From contig CM059432.1 in NCBI GenBank assembly GCA_030390025.1, forward strand, positions 118,360,001 to 118,424,000: a stretch of DNA of 64,000 nt, in the 5' to 3' direction. Both the position numbers and the translations under genes were made by a program. The notes under the pieces are model-generated. The model was not told the origin of the DNA. It saw only the letters and a list, made by a program, of their open reading frames with translations, and ran no database searches. Source of the DNA: Squalus acanthias. Taxonomy: Eukaryota. This document shows, piece by piece, positions 11,692 through 23,142 of this stretch; within the stretch, counting starts at the first letter, position 1; each line of letters starts with the position of its first letter.

Positions 11692-14600
11692 AAAGTCTCC
11701 ATTTGGCTTTTGCAGTCTGCTTGTAGCTTTATAGCATAAAGTCCCTTAAATCCAGCTCGGCTAATTCCTGGAATCGTAATCCTTTTTAATCAGAATTACA
11801 GTTACATTTCAGAGCATCAAAATGTAATATGGCTTCATCCTGAAGAACAGTTGGCTTTTAAACTCCCTAACTGGATTTCAGTGCAGCTCATTTTAACCAT
11901 GGACAGTTTTGAAAATCCTAACACTTACCAAAGTCCAGTAAAATGTTCTATGTAAAGAAGGGTATAGGGCCACCCACCACATGTTGATCAATCCTTCCAA
12001 TGTCAACTGCATCTTGGAGCGGAGCAGCCATTCTGCTGCATATTTCTAAACTGCAATTGGAATGACCAAGTTGGTAGAGTTGCAATAAAAGATACTGGAC
12101 ACAGAAATGATAAGAAACAAAAACACACAAAATATATAATTGAAATCATCTACACATTTTCTTAGATGCAATTCTCAAAAACTAATTATTTTCTATACAA
12201 CAAATGTTAATGTGGCAATCATTTATTTTCTTTAGATAAAATGCCATAAATACCTCTATGTCTATAACTGAGGTAATGTAGTATTAACTGCTTGATGTAT
12301 TATAAATACTTACTAAAGCTATATGGGGATGAATTTCTCTGAAGTTCCCCTGATTGTTCGTCATACCTTTGGTGGAAATCCTGCCCTAATATCTCCTTAG
12401 AAGAACATAAGAAATAAGAGCAGGAGTAGGTCATACGGCCCCTCAAGCCTGCTCCGCCATTCAATAAGATCAAGGCTGATCATCGACCTCAACTCCACTT
12501 TCCCGCCCGATCTCCATATCCCTTGATTCCCCTAGAGTCCAAATATCTATCTATCTCAGCATTGAATATACTCAAAGACTCAGCATTCACAGCTCTCTAG
12601 GACAGAGAATTCCAAAGATTCACAACCCTCTGAGTGAAGAAATTCTCCTCATCTCTGTTTTAAATGGCCTACCCCTTATCCTGAGACTATGCCCCCTAGT
12701 TCTAGACACTCCAGCCAGGGGAAACAACCTCCTAGCATCTACCCTGTCAATCCCCTTCAGAATCTTTTATGTTTCAATGAGATCACCTCTCATTCTTCTA
12801 AACTCCAGAGCGTATAGGCCCATTCTACACAATCTCTCATCATAGGACAGCCCTCTCATCCCAGGAATCAATCATGTGAACCTGCATTGCACCGTCTCCA
12901 AGGCAAGTATATCTTTCCTTAGATAAGGAGACCAAAACTGTGCACAGTACTCCAGGTGTAGTCTCACCAAGGCCCTGTACAATTGTAGCAAGACTTCCTT
13001 ACTCTTATACTCCAAACCCCTTGCAATAAACACCAACATGCAATTTGCCTTCCTTATTCCTTGCTGTACCTGTTTGCTAGCTTTCTGTGTTTCTTGCATG
13101 AGGACACCCAAATCTCACTGAACACCAACATTTGAAAGTTTCTCACCATTTAAAAAATATTCTGTTTTTCTATTCTTGTAACCAAAGTGAATAACCTCAC
13201 ATTTCCTTACAGTATACTCCATCTGCCACCTTACTGCCCATTCATTTAGTCTACCTATATCCCTTTTCAGACTTTTTGTGTTCTCCTCACAGCTTACTGT
13301 CCCACCTAGCTTTGTATCATCAGCAAACTTGGATACATTACACTCGGTCCCTTCATCTGGGTCATTAATATAGATTGTAAATAACTGAGGCCCCAACATT
13401 GATCCTTGCGGCACCCCACTAGTTACAGCCTGCCAACCTGAAAAAGATCCGTTTATCCCTACTCTCTGTTTTCTGTTCGTTAACCAATCCTCTATCCATG
13501 CTACTATATTACACCAAATCCCATGAGCCCTCATCTTGTGTAATAACCTTTTATGTGGCACCTTATCAAATGCATTTTGGAAATCCAAATATACTACATC
13601 CACTGGTTCCCCTTTATCTACCCTGCTAGTTACATCCTCAAAAAACTTTAATAAATTTGTCAAACATGGTTTCACTTTCATAAAATCATGTTGACTCTGC
13701 CTAATCATGTATGATTTTCTAAGTGACTTGATACCACTTCCTTAACAATGGATTCCAGCATTTTCCCGACGACTGATGTCAGGCTTACTGGCCTGTAGTT
13801 CCCTGTTTTTTCTCACCCTCCTTTCTTGAATAGCGGTGTTACATTTGCGACTTTCCAATCCACTGGGACCATTCTAGAATCGAGGAAATTTTGGAAGATC
13901 AGAACCAATGCATCCACTATCTCTTCAGCCACCTCTTTTAGAAATTTAGGATGTAGGCCGTCAGGTCCAGGGAATTTGTCAGCTTTTAGTCCCATTATTT
14001 TCTCTAGTACTTTTTCTCTACTTATAATAATTACGTTAAGTTCCTCACCCTCATTAGAACCTTGGTTCCCCACCATTTTTGGTATGCTTTTTGTGTCTTC
14101 TACTGTGAAGACAGATACAAAATATTTGTTTAATGTTTCTGCCATTTCCTTATTCCCCATAATAATTTCTCCTGTCTTAGCCTCTAAGGGACCAACGTTT
14201 ACTTTTGCTACTCTTTTCCTTTTTACATACTTGTAGAAACTCTTACAATTTGCTGTTATATTTCTTGCTAGTTTTCTCTCATATTCTATTTTTTCCCTTT
14301 TTATCAATTATTTGGTCAACCTTTGCTGGTTTCTGAAACTCTCCCAATCCTCAGGCTTTGCAACATTATAATTTTCTTCTTTCAATCTAATGCTATCCTT
14401 AACTTCTATAGTTAGCCACAGTTGGATCACTTTTTCTGTGGAATTTATATTTCTCAATGGAATGTATTTTTGTTGCGAATTATGAAATATTTCTTTAAAT
14501 GCTAGCCACTGCTTATCTACCGTCATACCTTTTAATCTATGTTTCCAATCTACCTTAGCCAACTCTCCCCTCATACCTATGTAATTGGCTTTATTTAAGT

Positions 14601-15455
14601 TTAAGACTCTAGTTTCGGACTTAGGCAAGTCACTCTCAAAATGAATGTAAAATTCTATCATATTATGATCACTCTGCCCCAGAGGATCCTTTACTATGAG
14701 ATTGCTAATTAACTCTGTCTCATTACACAATACAAGATCTAAAATAACCTGTTCCCTTGTTGGTTCCATTACATATTGTTCTAGGAAACTGTCCCGAATG
14801 CATTCCATGAACTCATCCTCCAGACTACCTTTGCCAATTTGATTTGTCCAGTCTATATGAAGATTAAAGTCCCCCAAGATTATTGCATTACCTTTGTTGC
14901 AAGCTCCTACTATTTCTTGATTAATATTCTATCCAACGGTATAGCTATTGTTAGGGGACCTACTAGTGTTTTCTGCCCCTTGTTATTCCTTATCTCTACC
15001 CATACTGATTCTACTTCCTGATCTTTTGAGCCGAGATCCTTTCTCGCTACTGTCCTTATGTCATCCTTTATTATCAGGGCCACTCCCCCTCTTTTTCCAT
15101 TCTGCCTGTCTTTTCGAAATGTCAAGTACCCTGGAACATTTAGTTCCCAACCTTGGCCACCTTGCAACCATGTCTCTGTAATGGCTATTAGATCAAATCC
15201 ATTTATCTCTATTTGTGCCATTAGTTCATCTATCTTGTTATGAATGCTTCATGCATTCAGATAAAGAGCCTTTAATTAAAATTTTTGACAATTATTCCCT
15301 GCTTTGACCTTATTCTCTGCTGCACTGCTACCATTAAACTCTCTGTCCCTTCCTGTCACACTCTGCTATTTTACCCAAATTGCTAGACTGCTCTATTCCC
15401 TTGACCTTTCTCTTTAGATTTCTAAATTTCCCCTCACCTGACCCTCCCCCCTTTT

Positions 15456-16411
15456 TTAGTTTAAAGACCTATCTACAGCCCCAGTTATTCGATTTGTCAG
15501 GACGCTGGTCCCAGCCCAATTTATGTGGAGCCCATCCCGACGGAACAGCTCACTCTTTCCCCAGTACTGGTACCAGTGCCCCATGAATTGAAACCCCTTT
15601 TTCCCTCACCACTCTTTGAGCCACGCATTTAACTCTCTGATCTGCTTGACCCTATGCCAGTTTGCACGTGGCTCAGGTAGTAATCCAGAGATTATTACCC
15701 TTGAGGTTCTGCTTATTCTAGCTCCTCAAACTCCCTCAGCAGAACCTCATTCTTAGTTCTACCTATGTCGTTTGTTCCTACATGGACCATGACAACTGGA
15801 TCCTCCCCCTCCCACTTCAAGTTCTTCTCCAGCCATGAGGAGATATCCTTAACCCTGGCACCGGCCAGGCAACACAGCCTTCGGGACTCTCTTTCGCGGC
15901 TGCAGAGAACAGTATCTATCCCCCTGACTATATTGTCCCCTACTACTACCACATTCCTTCCTTATCCCTCCACTTGGATGGCCCCTTATACCACAGTGCC
16001 ATGGTCAGTTTGCCCATCCTCCCTGCAGTCCTTTTCTTCATCCATACAGGTAGAAAGTACTTCCTACCTGTTGGACAAGGTCCAGGGCTGAGACTCCTCC
16101 ATCACTACATCCTGGGTCCCATACCTTCCTGACTCGCAGTCACACCCTCCTGTCCCTGACCATTGACGAACTCTAAAGAACTACTTAATCGACTACTTAA
16201 AGGGTGTGACTGCCTCCTGGAAGAAAGTGTCCTGGTAACTCTGTCCCTCCATGATGCATTGCAATATCTGCCGCTCGTACTCCAGCTCAATAATTCTGAG
16301 CCGAAGTTCCTCAAGTTGCGTACACTTACTGCAGATGTGGTTGCTCGGGATCACGATGCTCTCCACAGACTCCCACATGCTGCAGTTACGACACACCACC
16401 TGCCCTGCCAT
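15456..16411 (-). pseudogene. CR1 ORF1 (zinc finger + SGNH-type esterase), frameshifted
   Basis: MAGQVVCRNCSMWE...CSKC and VVVGDNIVRG...HVGTNDIG. Ends RSLN*. Homologous to 30044..30994. Confidence 0.85.
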
Positions 16412-16440
16412 CTCTCACCTTGTTTTATTTATTAATTATT

Positions 16441-19400
16441 TAGAACATAGAACATAGAACATAGAACAGTACAGCACAGTACAGGCCCTTCGGCCCTCGA
16501 TGTTGTGCCGAGCATTGTCCGAGACCAAGATCAAGCTATCCCACTCCCTATCATTCTGGTGTGCTCCATGTGCTTATCCAATAACCGCTTGAAAGTTCCT
16601 AAAGTGTCCGACTCCACTATCACAGCAGGCAGTCCATTCCACACCCCAACCACTCTCTGAGTAAAGAATCTACCTCGGACATCCCTTCTATATCTCCCCC
16701 CATGCACCTTATAGTTATGCCCCCTTGTAACAGCTACATCCACCCGAGGAAATAGTCTCTGAACATCCACTCTATCTATCCCCCTCATCATCTTATAAAC
16801 CTCTATTAAGTCGCCTCTCATCCTCCTCCGCTCTAAAGAGAAAAGCCCTAGCTCCCTCAATCTTTCCTCATAAGACCTCCCCCGCAAACCAGGCAGCATC
16901 CTGGTAAATCTCCTTTGCACTCTTTCCAATGCTTCCACGTCCTTCCTATAGTGAGGTGACCAGAACTGCACACAATATTCCAAATGTGGTCTCACCAAGG
17001 TCCTGTACAGTTGCAGCATAACCTCACGGTTCTTAAACTCAAACCCCTTGTTAATAAACGCTAACACACTATAGGCCTTCTTTACTGCTCTATCCACTTG
17101 AGTGGCAACCTTCAGAGATCTGTGGATATGAACCCCCAGATCCCTCTGTTCCTCCACGTTCCTCAGAACCCTGCCGTTGACCCTGTAATCCTTATTCAAA
17201 TTTGCCCTACCAAAATGAATCACCTCGCACTTATCAGGGTTAAATTCCATCTGCCATTTTTCGGCCCAGCTCTGCATCCTATCAATGTCTCTTTGCAGCC
17301 TACAACAGCCCTCCACCTCATCCACTAGTCCACCAATCTTGGTGTCATCAGCAAATTTACTGATCCACCCTTCAGTCCCCTCCTCCAATTCATTGATAAA
17401 AATCACAAACAGCAGAGGACCCAGCACCGACCCCTGTGGCACACCGCTGGTAACTGGTCTCCAGTCCGAAAATTTTCCATCCACCACCACCCTCTGCCTT
17501 CTATGAGATAGCCAGTTACTTATCCAATCGGCCAAATTTCCCTCTATCCCACAACTCCTTACTTTCTTCATGAGCCGACCATGGGGAACCTTATCAAACG
17601 TCTTACTAAAATCCATGTATACGACATCAACTGCTCTACCTTCATCTACACACTTAGTTACCTCCTCAAAGAATTCAATCAAATTTGTTAGGCAAGACTT
17701 ACCCTTCACGAATCCGTTTTGACTATCCCGGATTAAGTTGCATCTTTCCAAATGGTCATAAATCCTATCCCTCAGGACCTTTTCCATTATCTTACCAACC
17801 ACCGAAGTAAGACTAACCAGCCTATAATTACCAGGGTCATTCCTATTTCCTTTCTTGAAGAGAGGAACAACATTCGCCACTCTCCAGTCCTCTGGCACCA
17901 TCCCCGTGGACAGTGAGGACCCAAAGATCAAAGCCAAAGGCTCTGCAATCTCCTCCCTTGCCTCCCAAAGAATCCTAGGATATACCCCATCTGGCCCAGG
18001 GGACTTATCGACCCTCAGGTTCTTCAAAATTGCTAAAACATCTTCCCTCAGAACATCTACCTCCTCCAGCCTATCCACCTTTATCACACTCTCATCCTCA
18101 AGAACATGGCCCCTCTCCTCGGTGAACACTGACAAAAAGTATTCATTCATCACCTCTCCTATCTCTTCTGACTCCATGCACAAGTTCCCACTACTGTCCT
18201 TGACCGGCCCTACCCTCACCCTGGTTATTCTTTTATTTCTCACATAAGAGTAAGAAGCCTTGGGGTTTTCCTTGATCCGACCCGCCAAGGACTTCTCATG
18301 CCCCCTCCTAGCTCTCCTAAGCTCTTTTTTTAGCTCATTCCTTGCTACCTTGTACCCCTCAATCGACCCAACTGAACCTTGTTTTCTCATCCTTACATAT
18401 GCTTCCTTTTTCCTCTTGACTAGACATTCAACCTCTTTTGTGAACCATGGTTCTCTCACTCGGCCATTTCCTCCCTGCCTGATAGGGACATACCTATCAA
18501 GGACACGCAGTAATTGCTCCATGAAAAAGCTCCACTTTTCGTTTGTGCCTTTCCCTGATAGTTTCTGTTCCCATCTTATGCTCCCTAATTCTTGCCTAAT
18601 CGCATCATAATTACCCCTCCCCCAATTATAAACCCTGCCCTGCCGTATGGCCCTATCCCTCTCCATTGCAACAGTGAAAGTCACCGAATTGTGGTCACTA
18701 TCTCCAAAGTGCTCTCCCACATACAAATCAAACACTTTGCCCGGTTCATTACCCAATACCAAATCCAATGTGGCCCCACCTCTTGTCGGCCTATCCACAT
18801 ATTGTGTCAGGAAACCCTCCTGCACACGCTGTGCAAAAACTATCCCATCCGAACTGTTTGACCTATAAAGGTTCCAATCAATATTTGGAAAGTTGAAGTC
18901 ACCCATGACAACTACTCTGTGACCTCCACACCTATTCATAATCTGCTTTGCAATTTCTTCCTCCACATCTCTATTACTATTTGGGGGCCTGTAGAAAACT
19001 CCTAACAACGTGACCGCTCCTTTCCTATTTCTAACTTCAGCCCATATTACCTCAGACGGCAGATCCCCCTCGAACTGCCTTTCTGCCGCTGTTAAACTAT
19101 CCTTGATTAACAATGCTACTCCTCCACCTTTCTTACCACCTTCCCTACTCTTACTGAAACATCTATACCCCGGAACTTCCAACAACCATTCCTGTCCCTG
19201 TTCTAACCATGTCTCCGTAATGGCCACCACATTGTAGTCCCAATTACCAATCCACGCTCCAAGTTCTCCTACCTTATTCCGGATGCTCCTTGCATTGAAG
19301 TAGACACACTTCAAGCCACCTTCCTGTCTGCCGGTACATTCCTGCGACCTTGATACCCTCCTCAGTACCTCCCTACACTCACCACTGGCTCCTGGACTAC

Positions 19401-19445
19401 AGCCCTTTTTCCCATCCCCCTGACAAATTAGTTTAAACCCCCCCG
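16441..19445 (-). mobile_element. Young 5'-truncated CR1 LINE starting at the ORF1/ORF2 junction
   Basis: (TTCTATG)n 3' microsatellite tail at 16441-16467. Uninterrupted ORF2. The 5' end is GGGGGGTTTAAACTAA, the end of ORF1. Confidence 0.95.
16531..19437 (-). CDS. CR1 ORF2: AP-like endonuclease + reverse transcriptase, uninterrupted, no AUG start
   Basis: 927-aa ORF from TTG at 19314 with NARS, ITETW, GDFN, SDH (APE) and QxGF, GVPQGSVLGP, FADD (RT). The frame stays open for a further 41 codons up to 19437. Confidence 0.9.
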   Translation of the reverse strand, partial: FKLICQGDGKKGCSPGASGECREVLRRVSRSQECTGRQEGGLKCVYFNARSIRNKVGELGAWIGNWDYNVVAITETWLEQGQEWLLEVPGYRCFSKSREGGKKGGGVALLIKDSLTAAERQFEGDLPSEVIWAEVRNRKGAVTLLGVFYRPPNSNRDVEEEIAKQIMNRCGGHRVVVMGDFNFPNIDWNLYRSNSSDGIVFAQRVQEGFLTQYVDRPTRGGATLDLVLGNEPGKVFDLYVGEHFGDSDHNSVTFTVAMERDRAIRQGRVYNWGRGNYDAIRQELGSIRWEQKLSGKGTNEKWSFFMEQLLRVLDRYVPIRQGGNGRVREPWFTKEVECLVKRKKEAYVRMRKQGSVGSIEGYKVARNELKKELRRARRGHEKSLAGRIKENPKASYSYVRNKRITRVRVGPVKDSSGNLCMESEEIGEVMNEYFLSVFTEERGHVLEDESVIKVDRLEEVDVLREDVLAILKNLRVDKSPGPDGVYPRILWEAREEIAEPLALIFGSSLSTGMVPEDWRVANVVPLFKKGNRNDPGNYRLVSLTSVVGKIMEKVLRDRIYDHLERCNLIRDSQNGFVKGKSCLTNLIEFFEEVTKCVDEGRAVDVVYMDFSKTFDKVPHGRLMKKVRSCGIEGNLADWISNWLSHRRQRVVVDGKFSDWRPVTSGVPQGSVLGPLLFVIFINELEEGTEGWISKFADDTKIGGLVDEVEGCCRLQRDIDRMQSWAEKWQMEFNPDKCEVIHFGRANLNKDYRVNGRVLRNVEEQRDLGVHIHRSLKVATQVDRAVKKAYSVLAFINKGFEFKNREVMLQLYRTLVRPHLEYCVQFWSPHYRKDVEALERVQRRFTRMLPGLRGRSYEERLRELGLFSLERRRMRGDLIEVYKMMRGIDRVDVQRLFPRVDVAVTRGHNYKVHGGRYRRDVRGRFFTQRVVGVWNGLPAVIVESDTLGTFKRLLDKHMEHTRMIGSGIA

Positions 19446-19624
19446 AATTAGTTAAAGATTTTATTCAATCGATATTTTAGGTTTATTGTTTGATTATTTT
19501 ATTTAGTTTAAGTTATTAATTTAAGAAGTACGAGCAAGTTACAGTTTCTCAGCTCTTAATTTAACCCCCTTCCCTAACCTGGAGAGCAAAAATACTCACC
19601 AACCAATTACCTACCTGCTCTCCT

Positions 19625-19634
19625 GTGACGTCAC
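19625..19634. promoter_or_regulatory. Palindromic CRE/ATF-type site in the CR1 5'UTR
   Basis: GTGACGTCAC lies next to the tandem array, with a CCAAT nearby at ~19603. Function is not shown. Confidence 0.35.
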
Positions 19635-19666
19635 TCTTTGATGTTGTTTTTGAATCGGCGCCTCGC

Positions 19667-20275
19667 GCTGCCACTGCTTTAATTCAGGTCCGCTCTCGGG
19701 CCGCTCTTTATCCTCTCGCTGCTGCCACTGCTTTAATTCAGGTCCGCTCTCGGGCCGCTCTTTATCCTCTCGCTGCTGCCACTGCTTTAATTCAGGTCCG
19801 CTCTCGGGCCGCTCTTTATCCTCTCGCTGCTGCCACTGCTTTAATTCAGGTCCGCTCTCGGGCCGCTCTTTATCCTCTCGCTGCTGCCACTGCTTTAATT
19901 CAGGTCCGCTCTCGGGCCGCTCTTTATCCTCTCGCTGCTGCCACTGCTTTAATTCAGGTCCGCTCTCGGGCCGCTCTTTATCCTCTTGCCGCTGCCGCTG
20001 CTTTAATTCAGCTCCACTCTCGGGCCGCTCTTTATCCTCTCACCGCTGCCACTGCTTTAATTCAGGTCTGCTCTCGGGCCGCTCTTTATCCTCTCGCTGC
20101 TGCCACTGCTTTAATTCAGGTCCGCTCTCGGGCCACTCTTTATCCTCTCGCTGCTGCCACTGCTTTAATTCAGGTCCGCTCTCGGGCCGCTCTTTATCCT
20201 CTCGCCGCTGCCACTGCTTTAATTCAGGTCTGCTCTCGGGCCAGTCTTTATCCTTTTGCCGCTGCCGCTGCTTTA
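19667..20275. repeat. 54-bp tandem repeat array, ~11.3 copies
   Basis: Unit GCTGCCACTGCTTTAATTCAGGTCCGCTCTCGGGCCGCTCTTTATCCTCTCGCT. The first five copies look identical and later copies carry substitutions. Confidence 0.95.
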
Positions 20276-20378
20276 TGTTGCTCGGTGTAAAATTTTGTTT
20301 GATAACGTTCCTGTGAAGCACCTTTGGATGTTTTACTACCTTAAAGGCGCTATATAATTGCAAGTTGTTGTTGTTGTA
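20273..20378 (+). mobile_element. 3' end of an L2-type LINE/SINE (target of the CR1 insertion)
   Basis: GTGAAGCAC...AAAGGCGCTATATAATTGCAAG(TTG)n tail. Appears to continue from CTGCCCTAATATCTCCTTA at 12381-12399. Confidence 0.6.
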
Positions 20379-20648
20379 TGGCAGTAAATCACAGTTTGTT
20401 GGATTAGGTCTCCCAAACATTGAGTTGCAGCCAAAATGACCATTCCATTTTAAACAGTAACTGTCAATAACATTACCACAAACAGGGCAATTCCACCCAG
20501 TGATTTGGTTGTTTTTTTGTGGGAAGAGGAGATTGGTCTTGATGAAATAAAAAGTGAAAGTTCAGTAAACCTGCACAACCCAATCAAATTTAGTTTTAAC
20601 TTTGCTACAGAATACTAATTTTTGTAATAATGATCGATGATAATAATA

Positions 20649-22945
20649 AACATGATCGATTTCTCACTCGAAATGGAGAGCGAAGAAATTGACTCAGAGA
20701 CTAAGGTCCTGAATTTAAACAAGGGGAATTATGATACCATTAGACGGGAACTGAGTAGGTCTGATTGGACAACGTTCCTGGGAGGACTGGAGGTAGATAA
20801 ACAATGGCAAGCATTTAAAGATAGAATGACAAAATTGCAAAAATTGTTTATACCAATCTGGCATAAAAGGAAATCTAAAAAGGTGACTCAACCGTGGATA
20901 ACAGGGGAAATTAGAGACAGCATAAAATCCAAAGATAGGGCGTATAAAATAGCCAAAAAAAGCGCCAGAGTGGAAGATTGGGAACGGTTTAAGATAGAGC
21001 AAAGGAGGACAAAGGGCTTAATCAAGAGGGGCAAAATAGCTTACGAAAGCAAGCTGGCGGAAAATATAAAAACTAACTCCAAAAGCTTTTATAAGTATAT
21101 CAAGAGGAAAAGACTGGTGAAAACCAAAGTTGGTCCATTGCAGTCAGATACGAGGGAATATATAACGGGAAATAAGGAAATGGCAGACCAACTAAATGCA
21201 TACTTTGGGTCAGTCTTTACGAAGGAAGACACAAAAAACCTCCCTGGGATATCGGGAAAAATAGGGACATGGGCAAAGGAGGAACTGACGCAAATCAATA
21301 TCTCTAAGGATATGGTGTTAAGGAAGCTAAAGGGATTGAAGGCGGACAAATCCCCAGGGCCTGATAACATGCATCCTAGGGTACTGAAGGAGGTGGCCCT
21401 AGAGATAGCGGATGCACTAAGTATGATTTTTCAGAATTCATTAGACTCGGGAACAGTGCCCATGGATTGGAGGGTAGCTAACGTTACTCCACTATTCAAA
21501 AAGGGGGGTAGGGAAAAAGCAGGTAATTACAGACCTGTAAGCCTTACATCAGTTGTGGGCAAAATGCTGGAGTCCATCATTAAGGATGAAATAGCGGAGC
21601 ACTTAGCAAATGGGGACAGGATAGGACAGAGTCAACATGGATTTACAAAGGGTAAATCGTGCTTGACTAATCTATTGGAATTTTTTGAGGGAGTAACTGG
21701 TAAAATAGATGGGGGATAGCCAGTAGATGTGGTGTACCTGGACTTCCAAAAGGCCTTCGACAAGGTCCCACATAAAAGATTAGCATGGAAAATTGAAGCT
21801 CATGGGATAAAGGGGAAAGTATTGACGTGGATAGAGAACTGGCTGTCAGATAGAAAACAGAGAGTTGGAATAAACGGCTCATTTTCTGAATGGCAGGCAG
21901 TAACAAGTGGGGTACCACAGGGATCTGTCCTGGGTCCCCAGCTGTTCACAATTTACATTAATGACCTGGATCAGGGAGTCGGATGTAGCATTTCCAAATT
22001 TGCAGACGACACTAAACTAGGAGGGGGGGTGGGCTCAGAGGAGGAGACCAGGAAGCTCCAGAGCGATTTGGACAGACTGGGTGATTGGGCGGATAAATGG
22101 CAGATGCACTATAATGTAGACAAGTGCAAAGTTATCCACCTTGGGTGCAGGAACGGGAGGGCAAATTATTATTTAAATGGCAATAAATTGGGAGAGGGGG
22201 AAGTACAGAGAGACCTGGGTGTTCTTGTACACCAGTCACTGAAGGCGAGCATGCAGGTGCAACAGGCGGTCAAGAAGGCAAACGGTATGCTGGCCTTCAT
22301 AGCAAAAGGGTTGGAATACAGGAACAGGGATACCTTGCTGCAGCTGTACAGGGCACTGGTGAGACCACACCTCGAGTACTGTGTACAGTTTTGGTCGCCT
22401 CATCTGAGGAAAGATGTTCTTGCCATGGAGGGGGTGCAGCGGCGATTCACCAGGCTGATACCAGGAATGGCGGGATTGACCTATGAGGAGAGACTATGTA
22501 GTTTAGGGATGTACACACTGGAGTTTAGAAGATTGAGAGGGGACCTCATAGAAGTGTATAAAATTCTGACAGGTCTAGACAGACTAGATGCAGAAGGAAT
22601 GTTTCCCTTGGCGGGTGAGAACAGAACTAGAGGACATAATTTAAGGATAAGGGCTAAACCATTTAGGACAGAAATGAGGGGAATTTCTTCACTCAGAGGG
22701 TGGTGAACCTGTGGAACTCATTGCCACAGAGGGCAGTGTACGCCAGCTCATTAAATATATTTAAGAGGGAATTAGATATATTTCTACAGGCAAAAGGGGT
22801 TAAGGGTTACGGAGAGAAGGCGGGGACGGGATACTGAATTGGAGGATCAGCCATGATCTCATTAAATGGTGGAGCAGGCTCGAAGGGCCGGATGGCCTAC
22901 TCCTGCTCCTATCTTCTATGTATCTATGTATCTATGTATCTATGA
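20649..22945 (+). mobile_element. Young 5'-truncated CR1 LINE
   Basis: ORF2 fragments 20637..21719 and 21729..22706, with a TAG stop and one late frameshift. (TATCTATG)n tail. Nearly identical to 52047-54121. Confidence 0.95.
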
Positions 22946-23142
22946 TTTAATTGTATTTCTAACTGTCTTGCAATTCTTTAAGTTCGAGCCTATTGGCACA
23001 TGATTAAAGGTTGTTCTGGTTTCTTGTATTCCGATAAGAAAGGGCAGAAATTGATTCATTGACAAAGACAATAAGGCGATATAATGACTTTATATGACGT
23101 ACATCGGACCCCAATTGCAATTTCAAGGTACAAATGGGTGGA

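Larger units (their letters stand above)
12400..20272 (-). mobile_element. Full-length, decayed CR1 LINE (5' tandem array, ORF1, ORF2, 3' tail) with a younger CR1 nested in its 5'UTR
   Basis: ORF1 pieces 16411-15456 (CxxC zinc finger, GDNIVRG/HVGTND esterase motifs). ORF2 pieces 15270-12530 (AITETW, GDFN, SDH, QHxF, FADD). 3' tail near 12400-12430. TTA is duplicated at 12397-12399 and 20273-20275. Confidence 0.85.

Noticed and set aside
13826..19237. Multiple antisense ORFs over CR1 ORF2
   Set aside because: These are shadow ORFs recurring opposite every CR1 copy, explained by ORF2 codon structure.
19667..20275. CRISPR-like array, or a 221-aa repeat protein (ORF 19625..20290)
   Set aside because: Units are contiguous with no unique spacers and there are no cas genes. 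The ORF is a by-product of a stop-free 54-bp unit.
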